A DNA stretch of 64,000 nucleotides from Eledone cirrhosa. Its lineage: Eukaryota. Shown one piece after another: positions 54,820 through 64,000 of the stretch (positions are counted from its first letter, which is position 1; each line of letters starts with the position of its first letter). The stretch is taken from positions 202,740,001 to 202,804,000 of the forward strand of contig OZ024743.1 in assembly GCA_964016885.1 (NCBI GenBank). Reading direction: 5' to 3'. Under the pieces are notes generated by a model that searched no databases, was not told the DNA's origin, and worked only from the letters and a program-made list of their open reading frames with translations. Made by a program: the position numbers and the translations under genes.

Positions 54820-57304
54820 TTATATATATATGTGTGTGTGAGTATGTATATATATACATCGATATATATGCATATATATATATACAAACAAACGTGTGGT
54901 ATGTATGTGTGTATGTGAGAGAGTGTATATGTATAAATGTTGTGGGGCATGTTTTCTTTGTTGTATTCTTTAGTTTACAATTTTTTCAACTTATTTTATT
55001 TTCAAGTCATTAAAGCTATGCTATCTCATTAAAACTGTATTGTATTTTGTTATAATTCTACATGTAGTTTTCTTTTTGCTTCCAATTTGTGTTTACTTTT
55101 TATGTGTGTGTTTTCGGAATTGGCGGTCATGAGAATGTGTATATGAGTATGTGAATACGTATATGTATACGTGTGAATTTGAAAGTATGTGTACATTTAT
55201 GTATGCGTGTAAATGTGTATTTAAATATCTAATGAAGTAAACAACATGCTTAAATCTAAAAATATATAAACGCACCATTCAAAACTTGGCAATTAAGATT
55301 GTTTTAAGAAGTACAGTTTTGTCATTAGTTATTTATTTCTCGTCTATTTTCCTGTCTTTATAAATAAAAGTAAAATGCTAGATTGCAATTATGAATGTTT
55401 TGTACTACTTTATATAGGTAGCGGTTGAAAGAGCTGTCTCTGTGAAACCAATGTTGGTATGTTCAAATCTCTTATAAGAATCCTGTTCTAGTATGATCGG
55501 CTGTGTTGATAGTTTTCTTCATTAATGCAAGTTCGAGAATATTCACATCGTGCATGCACAAATTTGGAATTCTAGAGGGGAATCATATTGACGATAAAGG
55601 ATTGGGTTTAGCGTGGGTGATATGTAATATGAGAGAAATCGGGACAATGACTCACGTGATGCTGGCTACAAATGGAAAGACATCGTCCTACTGAGAACAA
55701 AACGCGTCAGCTTAATAGCCTAAATAAAGATAATATGAGGGAAGGTATATATTTTATATCTCGTTGAATGAGTGGTTTTATTCGATGTACGTAAGTATAT
55801 TTAACAACTCAGAAAACATCACTGTGCTTCCCTTAGTAGATAAATGGTGGAGAAATCCATATTAGTTTCGGAAACATTCATTAGCGTGTCGAGAAAGTTT
55901 TTAGGAGAATAAAATACATTAAATGGCGCACTATAACAGCAATTGAATAGCAGAAGTAATTTCGTATATACATTAGGCTCTTTGGTGTATGTACAATTAT
56001 TTAAGTGTTATTATGTCTGTTATGACACGTGTTCATGTTTATGATTTAAACAACCTTAAATATGCAACAAAGTCTAAGACATAATCGAAATCATATAAAT
56101 AAAATGTTTAAAAGGTTCCAGTTTTATGTTTTATACAACGTAAAGTATAGGGTGAAATCGAACAGTAGATGGCAAACGAAACGCCACTATAATACACATA
56201 AATAAGCTAACTCAAACAATAATGATTTAATAAATAAATAATAATGAATTATCTAAAATGATGAATAAACGACATATAATATTTAAGATTTGTCCGATCA
56301 GGGCTCACAAAAGATAACTTACAGATATTACGCACATTGCAACGCCTTTCAATATGAGAAATATCGTCGTTAAAGACTATCCTTGAAATTAAAAATGAAA
56401 ACAAACAATAACTGCTTCATGACCATCACAATTTTATAAGTATCACATTTATTTATCAAAAATATACGCTCCAGAACAATAATATCTACGTATTTGGTTA
56501 AAGGTGTAAATATTTTACGGATATTAAAAATAACAAGTGTAATAATTCTGCCTTTCTCCACTATATTTCCCCATTACATAGAAAGCCTTCGACAATAAAG
56601 CATTGTGATTTTAGCTGACTAGCATCTTTGCAGCTTTTGTTCACAAACGTTCGCGTCTTGCTAATAAATATTGATTTCTGTGCAGAGTTAACATTGATGT
56701 GTCTAGGATATAAAATGTAAATATTAATTAAAATTAAATCTCCGAAGATATGTCACTTAATCCTGAACATCATTTCAAATTTGGCCCCATTTATATAAAT
56801 AGCATCCGAATAAGACAAGTAATTATTTGAATTTAAATTCCTCTTAACCTAACTTATATTATATTACATTATATTATATTATATTATATCATATTATATT
56901 ATATCATATTTTATTATATTATATTATAAAATAGTATATTACTATATAATGTTTGCGTCGTATTCCGAAAAAGAAAATGAGAAGCAAATCTGATTTTTAA
57001 TATTCTGCATTTTGCGCTCAAAATCTGACATTTAAATGCCAAATGGCATCCTGAAAAAGACTAGAAAGTATAAATAAGAATAAATATTTTATTAGACGGA
57101 TGATATTTCGTAGTATTCAAACATTCAGTACTTCGGTTGTGTGGATGTAATACTGATTTCCAGCTTAATCACAACACATGATCAGTAATGTGGAGGTGAG
57201 TGTTTAGTAGAGTACATCACCCCGGTAGGATAGAAGCGATTTTTGTCTGATACTCTGACAATTCAGCTAATGCACAGGGATGTGGCTGCAATAAATTTGA
57301 TAAT

Positions 57305-57513
57305 GGTTTCAGATTTAGTCACAAGGAAAACAACTTTGGGAGAAGGGAAAATCTATTAAACCGACCCCAGTACGTTACTGTTACTTTATTTCATTGAACC
57401 CGTAAGGATGAAAAGTAGAGCTAACCTCGGCGGGATTTGAACTCATAGCGTAAAGAGCCATAACTCCATGCACGTTGTGCGACGTTCTACCGATGTTCCC
57501 AATCTACCGCCCT
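57305..57513 (-). mobile_element. tRNA-derived SINE (older, diverged); a further 3' fragment lies at 57719-57785
   Basis: CCCGTAAGGATGAAA..AACCTCGGCGGGATTTGAACTC..AATCTACCGCCC. Confidence 0.78.
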
Positions 57514-57783
57514 AACTGCTGACAATGAATGATAAAATTATTCTATATGTACAATAGAACCTCAATAATTGTAAGTAGAATGTTTTCCGCCAATCATCTA
57601 TTTAAACATATAATATAGGAGAATGACAACAGATAATAGGCAATTTCTAATATAATAAAGGTGAGAGACAGCGTCCGTTTTATATTTTTTATCCCGTTAA
57701 TAAAATTTACTTCGATAAATAATTGTTTCTACTTTAGGCACAAGGCCAGCAATTGCCCAGTGCATTACTGGTACTTTATTTTA

Positions 57784-58235
57784 TCTATTAAATTTCGTAG
57801 CTCTTGATTAAACATAAATAAAGTATTGCTTATTTTAACATTCACTTCTTTAAAATATTCAAATGTCAATACTTCCGGTTAGCATCTGTGATATTATAAC
57901 ACTCATCATATTGCTTATATAAACGCTCATATATCTGCATCGTTATATAAGGTTTATATTTCCGTCGCTAATTTTCTCCTTTTTCATTTACGTAAAAAAT
58001 TAGTTTAACATATATGCAGATTATATGTAATATCGTCTTGTTTTAATGTATCACGGATTACTTTACTGATTACAGAAGAGAGTGTAACATAGACTTCGTT
58101 CAGTTTCTGTGCATATTGTCAATTACGATTTTATTTGACGTATCATATCTACATGCATATATATTTGTGTATAATATCAATATGCACACTACACATGCTA
58201 GCAGAAAAACACCCGATGGATGGTTTTTCTGCTAG
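57784..58235 (+). mobile_element. Non-autonomous Helitron-like element
   Basis: A|TC start, subterminal hairpin and CTAG|T end; homologous copy at 7087-7460(-) with the same 3' terminus. Confidence 0.55.
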
Positions 58236-60225
58236 TTACTCTAACACTGTATGACTTCTGCCATTCATACATGTCCCCCATTCTTCCATTCAAAGAAGGA
58301 TTTCTGACGTGGCCTAAATGCAAGATTGGGAGTAGTCAAACCAACATTGGTAAATAACTGTTTGTTTCACTGAGCTAGTGGAAATTCAACTCACCAAGGA
58401 AGATACTAGCTATACCTATATGTACGGGCATATAACTCAGCGCACATCTGAGTAAAATGTAAGTCTGAACCTCAGTGTAGCAGCGGAACTTTCTAGAAAA
58501 AATATCTAAATTTACCCCATATTATGATATCATCTTTGACAATTTCATAAAAACATTATTACATAATGTAGCCCTTGATATGTCAGTGTCTATATATTTA
58601 CTCGATTATGCGTAACCTGAGGAAAAGCTGATCTACAACAACGAGGATAAATAACGTAAGCGCATCAGGATATATAAAAATACTGATTTTTATGTATCTA
58701 ATACAATAGGATTAGAGATTATCCTAACTATTAGTTACCTCAAAAGTATTGTATAGACAAGAAGTAATATACGAAAAAATATCTTATGAAAAATAAAGGA
58801 TTTGTGTGGAATACATCGAGGAACTTCTTCAAATATACACATTTCCCGCATGATTATTTCAAAAACCAAAAATGATTTTTTCAAAATTAAACCAAAAACA
58901 ACAATTTATTATTAGAACATATGAGAAACATCATGATTCGCCCAAAAGAAATTTCTTTCTTCAAATGAAAAATTCTGATAAGAGGAACCATAAGAAATTT
59001 TACTTTAAAATGTACATTGTATGTTTAATCTTTTCTTACGTCAAAAGTTTGCATTTATTGCGTAGACTCTTCCTCAATTGCTACAATATATTATTATTCA
59101 ATTTTTTTACTTAGAAATATTTTTGATATTGGGGTAGGGGGAGAATAAACAAAAACTAAAACATGTATTAAATCGGAATTATATTTACATGACTGAGGAT
59201 TAAATGTTTAAATTCTTCAGATTTCTTTTTATTTTCTACACAATGTTTTTTATTATATTCTTAGGTTAAGAATGCGTAGGAATGTGAGATTGTATGAGGG
59301 AAAGACAAGAAGAGTGGGGGGAATATGAAATGAAAGACGAAACAAAACGTAGAAATCGTTAGTGCTATTGTTTAGCGGATCCAGATCAACCTGGTTGGAT
59401 AGATAATTGCCTAAAGCAATCAACCTGTGATTACCCTGTCTTATTTTCAGTTATAAATGATCCAACATGACCTTGATTTGTGAATAGAGTAGGGTCGGAT
59501 TTGAGGGAGATTTAGCTGTTGTTTCTAGCATGTCGCGTGATCACAGACGCACCATTAAGTTGCATCTTAGTGCATGATTTTGACCAGCTATTAATTAGGT
59601 TTGTGTCCATCTTTGAAGATCACCTTTTGTTTATATCTCAAATTATCCATGTAATTCCATACTCTCCTTTGTGTACAGTTTTTCAGACAACCGCCCCTGT
59701 TTGTAATTTTCTTTACTTTCAATGATTTTCAAGCATAGGGCAAAATATTTTTTAAGTTCTTCTTTACTACTAGCCAAATATGAGTTTAAGGACCCGCATT
59801 CGATGGGTGCGCAATCTTTTACAGGTGCTTCTTTTTCATTCAAGAATGTGACATTTAATTGTTGTTTTATTATCTATTTGCTCCATTTCCTTCTTCCTAC
59901 TGTTTCATGGCGTCGTTTTACTTTTCTGTTGTTATAAATGGTGGTTTATTGTGTAGTACAACTTCATGATGAGGACCTGTGGACAACTGTTAACAGCTCC
60001 ATTCGTCACACATGTCCAGCCCGACGGCTCAGAGAGACTTCTATCAAGAGTTCCACGTGCATAGCAATTTGAATTCATATTTATTCTATTCCGTTTTTTC
60101 ATGAGATTTGCGCTTAATATGTTGCGCAACTACTGGTGCTTTTATTGTGTTCACCACCACATAAGAAAGTCCACCAACCAAGGCTAATGGCTCTTTCCTG
60201 GCCTTTTCACTATTGTCATTATCAT

Positions 60226-60437
60226 GGTAGAATGGCAGTATCCGTTGCGCGCCGGACAACATGCTTTGCGGCATAGAATTACAGCCATTTACGTTCTGAA
60301 TTCAAATCCCGACGTGGTTAGCTTTGCCTTTCAACCTTACGGGTTGGATAAAATAAAGTACCATTAACGCACTGGGTTCGATTTCATCGACTTTCCCCTG
60401 TTGGCCTTGTGTCATAATAAGAAATAACTATTATAAT
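60226..60437 (+). mobile_element. tRNA-derived SINE (diverged)
   Basis: TGGCAGTATCCG..GAATTCAAATCCC..GCCTTTCAACCTTACGGGTTGGATAAAATAAAGTACC. Confidence 0.78.
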
Positions 60438-61090
60438 TGTTATTTCGGATGTTGCTTCTGCCTGTCCAGCTATCACACTCGCAGTGACTCTGTTTATGCT
60501 GGGAGCGGTGCTGGCACCGGTGGATTTGAAAAAAGGTGTTGTTCGAAATTTGTTTTTCTTTTTATGTTTCTGTGGTGGTGGTGTATGTGCCGTTGTGGCT
60601 GATTGTCGTTGACTTTTCTTTCGTTTTGTTGTTGTGTCAGTGAGACTGCTTTATTTCTCCTAGTAAAGGTCAGTGACTCTAGTCTATAACTAGACTGGTG
60701 CCGGCTTTTCCTTTCAAAGTATTGTTCTTATTATTGGCATTTTTGATCAGCTATTATGTGTACTCGTATAGATACCTTGACGTCTGCGACTGACAATTTC
60801 TTCTAGCTATTTGGAAAATGAATATATACATATATACATACATTTATGCATATACATATATCTACACACACAAACACAGATGTATCGACGACACATGCTA
60901 ATATAACAGATGAAGAAGCTTACATGTAAATTCACAAACAGGAAATATACACACCAGTATCCCACGCGCTTAGGATTTTTTGTTCGTTCAAATTAAGATA
61001 AATTTCAATGATATATATCTTACGCGTACATATGTGCATATATGTTTACACGCCCCCCCCCCTATATAGGTGTGTGTGTGAGTGTCTGTG

Positions 61091-61135
<45 letters not shown>

Positions 61136-61371
61136 ATGTGTCTGTAAACAGTACGGCGAAATAACAAAACAAATGATGCAGCACCGGAGAGAAATATATT
61201 AGTTTGATGCTTGAAATAGGAGGAAAGAAGTCTTAAAGTTTCAGAAACTATTCCCGCAACAGATGATCAAGTCAGAAATATAAGATGAACTAGAAAGATA
61301 ATGTGTTAGAAGAGGAAAGAACGGAGAAAGAATTGAGAGAAAAAAATACATATGTGCGTATCCAGTCACTC

Positions 61372-61469
<98 letters not shown>

Positions 61470-61970
61470 ATACACACACACAACACAGGCAATGTATATA
61501 TATATATATATATATATACAGAGAGAGATAGAAGAAGAATGAGAGATGTAAGAGCTCAACTGCGACGCCATGATGCGTGTATACATATAACTCTTTTCTA
61601 CATACATAAATAAATATCCCTATGACATTTTAAATCTCAGAGACAAGAGAATGATGACGAGGAGTAGAAATAAATGTAAGATACGAAAACAAATTAAAGC
61701 TAACCTAAAAAGGTAAAAAAGATTATCTAAGTATGTACTTAATATCAATCATCTTATATTCGCATTACTATGTTCGGAAGAATTTAGCTATTGATGATAA
61801 GTTCACACTATTATTAGCACAACGACGATAACCAAAACTTCATATATAATTATGTGATTATAGGTGTATGCGTGTACACTTGCACATGATTGTGTTTGTC
61901 CGCAGCTGTTAATTGTTAGTATGTGTATATATGTATATATGTATGTCAGGGTATGTTAGTTTATATGAAT

Positions 61971-62019
<49 letters not shown>

Positions 62020-62023
<4 letters not shown>

Positions 62024-62196
62024 TTACTTGGAGAGGGTCATATTGTTATAATATTGCCAGAAATAATAATAAAACACACTCACTGTTTGGGTTGGATTGG
62101 CTTTCGCTTCTGTATCGTTTATATCTCCATAGTTAATGTACTTGGCAGTCAATCTTTATTTCATTGATTGACCAACGGTCAAAAATAATTATATAA

Positions 62197-62256
<60 letters not shown>

Positions 62257-62421
62257 TATCAAAGTTCTTTCATCACACACCTGTGACATCATCAGTGGCA
62301 CAATTATGTTTCCCCTCGTTGTCTTCTAACATGTAAGCCATTTTTATTTAATTATTGAGAGAAACGTAATAGTACCACTGATGATGTCACAGGAGTGTGA
62401 TGAAAGAACTTTCATAGAGAC
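62020..62421. mobile_element. PLE 3' end (minus) with HHR plus a short inverted HHR copy
   Basis: 62031-62180 is homologous to 20773-20920; HHRs at 62258-62299(-) and 62373-62416(+): CCA-CTGATGA-T-GTCACA/..../TGTGAT-GAAA-GAAC-TT. Confidence 0.78.
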
Positions 62422-62589
62422 CCGATTGCTGAATATGTCTGAACTCTGAGCAGTCAAGCTAGTCATTTTATTTATCTGCACCAGGGTGTACAGGGATAAA
62501 CATGAAAAGGTTTCTGAATATTCCAATGAATATAAGTACCACTGGGACAATGCAAATGTAATACAACGAAGTATGGATTTATAACAATT

Positions 62590-63370
62590 GATAGCCAAAG
62601 CGATTTACATCTCACAAATGAGGTATGTTTATCAAAGATTAATTAGTTTGGAGCTTAATCAGGAAAGTGAGACATAGTAAATTGGCACTAAAATCTACAA
62701 TATGTGATACACGATCAATAACAATAAAAATACTTTTTATAAGATTGTTAGGTGAAACATTGATAGGCTTTAGATCAGTCCTTGTTCTCAGAGGCTCAAT
62801 ATATGTTGCCGATTCTGGCAGTGCTAGAGATGGTAAGAGTTTGGGCACAGCCTATAAAGTCAAGGATCAAGCGGCTTCTGTTGAAGGATGTAAGGCTTAT
62901 AGGGAACGTGTCTGGCGCACCAATGATCATTGGCACGACTTCTGTCTCTACATGCTGCTCAGTTATAATTGCGTATGCAAAGTGTGTATACATATTAATC
63001 TTTTCTATTTCTTTTACAGTCACATTGTGGACTTGGGGGGACCTCAATATCAAGTAGAATCCATTTTGGCGGGATAGATCTTTTTAGCACAGTATCAAGG
63101 CGGTTGTATTGGACTTTGTTTGTGATCTTAGTCTCGAGTTCCCAAAATAAATCTACCCCTCACCTGATAGACAGGATGAGGAGTATGTTCGTACCACTGA
63201 GATTGCATTTCGATGTCGTACTTTTTACACAACTGCCGATAGACTGATTTTGCAATAAGATCATGCCGGATTTTGTAACGTCTCTTTGCAAATTGCTCAC
63301 ATCTAATAGCAAGATTCATATGCTTTAGAGCACACTGTGCAAAGTGAGAAGCAATTGTGTCCATCGATGT
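62590..63370 (-). mobile_element. Decayed 3' part of an RLE-type (R4/Dong-like) non-LTR element
   Basis: CEQFAKRRYKIRHDLIAKSVYRQLCKKY..WYEHTP (63128..63364) and EVVPMIIGA (62796..63053). The left boundary is approximate. Confidence 0.65.
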
Positions 63371-63480
63371 TAGCTGTTACTCAATTAGTCTTGTGCGGCT
63401 GTAATAATAACTTCAGTGCTCTTTTTAACCCAATGACAGGACCTATAATACTACTACTAATAATGATGATGATGATAATA

Positions 63481-63581
63481 ATAATTGTTTCTCCTTTTGG
63501 CACAAGGCCAGCAATTACCCAGTGCATTACTGACACTTTATTTTATCGACTCCATAAGGATGAATGGCAAAGTTAACCTCA
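63481..63581 (-). mobile_element. SINE 3' fragment
   Basis: GGCACAAGGCCAGCAATTACCCAGTGCATTAC...TAAGGATGAATGGCAAAGTTAACCTC. Confidence 0.78.
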
Positions 63582-64000
63582 ATAATAACTATTTTAACCG
63601 ATGCAATGCCAGTACAACTATATAACCAGTGTGATATTCACAACCCCCATATGTACGCCATAGAATTTGAAGAATTAGAAACACTGACAAGGAATGTACA
63701 CGGGTTTAATCGAGGATTTGATAAAAGACTCTGTTTAGACGATTCATGTCCTAAGATAACTATACAAATAGTAGATATATTTAAGAACACTTATATATTG
63801 TACACATGTTATGCACAATAGGTTTAATAACATAGTCAATAAAAGTACGTACCATAATCACGGGACGTAGCGAAGAGACACATAGCTGCCCTGGAAAGAA
63901 TTGGATGAGAATATTAACGAAATATAATAAGAAACTGCGAGATGATGGTTGTAATCCGAGAAATGTGATGTAATAGGAATAATAAGGGTATTTAGAAACT

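Overview
Eukaryotic, AT-rich, microsatellite-dense DNA, almost all mobile-element derived, with no convincing host CDS. The dispersed SINE resembles the one I recall from octopod cephalopods (inference). The window is dominated by Penelope-like retroelements (PLEs; RT plus GIY-YIG) and their 3' ends. Many are inserted in (TA)n as inverted, 3'-ends-outward structures carrying minimal type I hammerhead ribozymes (HHRs). It also holds a near full-length decayed Tx1/L1-clade LINE (7.8-13.5 kb), an RTE fragment, R4/Dong-like fragments in (CATA)n, a mariner remnant, a probable non-autonomous Helitron, a MITE and about a dozen SINE copies. Main finding: a PLE insertion at 43.3-45.3 kb is A-to-G hypermutated on its sense strand relative to an intact sister copy, which forms an indel-free 2 x 2 kb palindrome at 31.3-35.4 kb. 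This looks like an ADAR-hyperedited RNA that was reverse-transcribed into the genome. Both inverted arms carry nearly the same edits, and the ribozyme core and 3' terminus are spared. All alignments and counts were done by eye.
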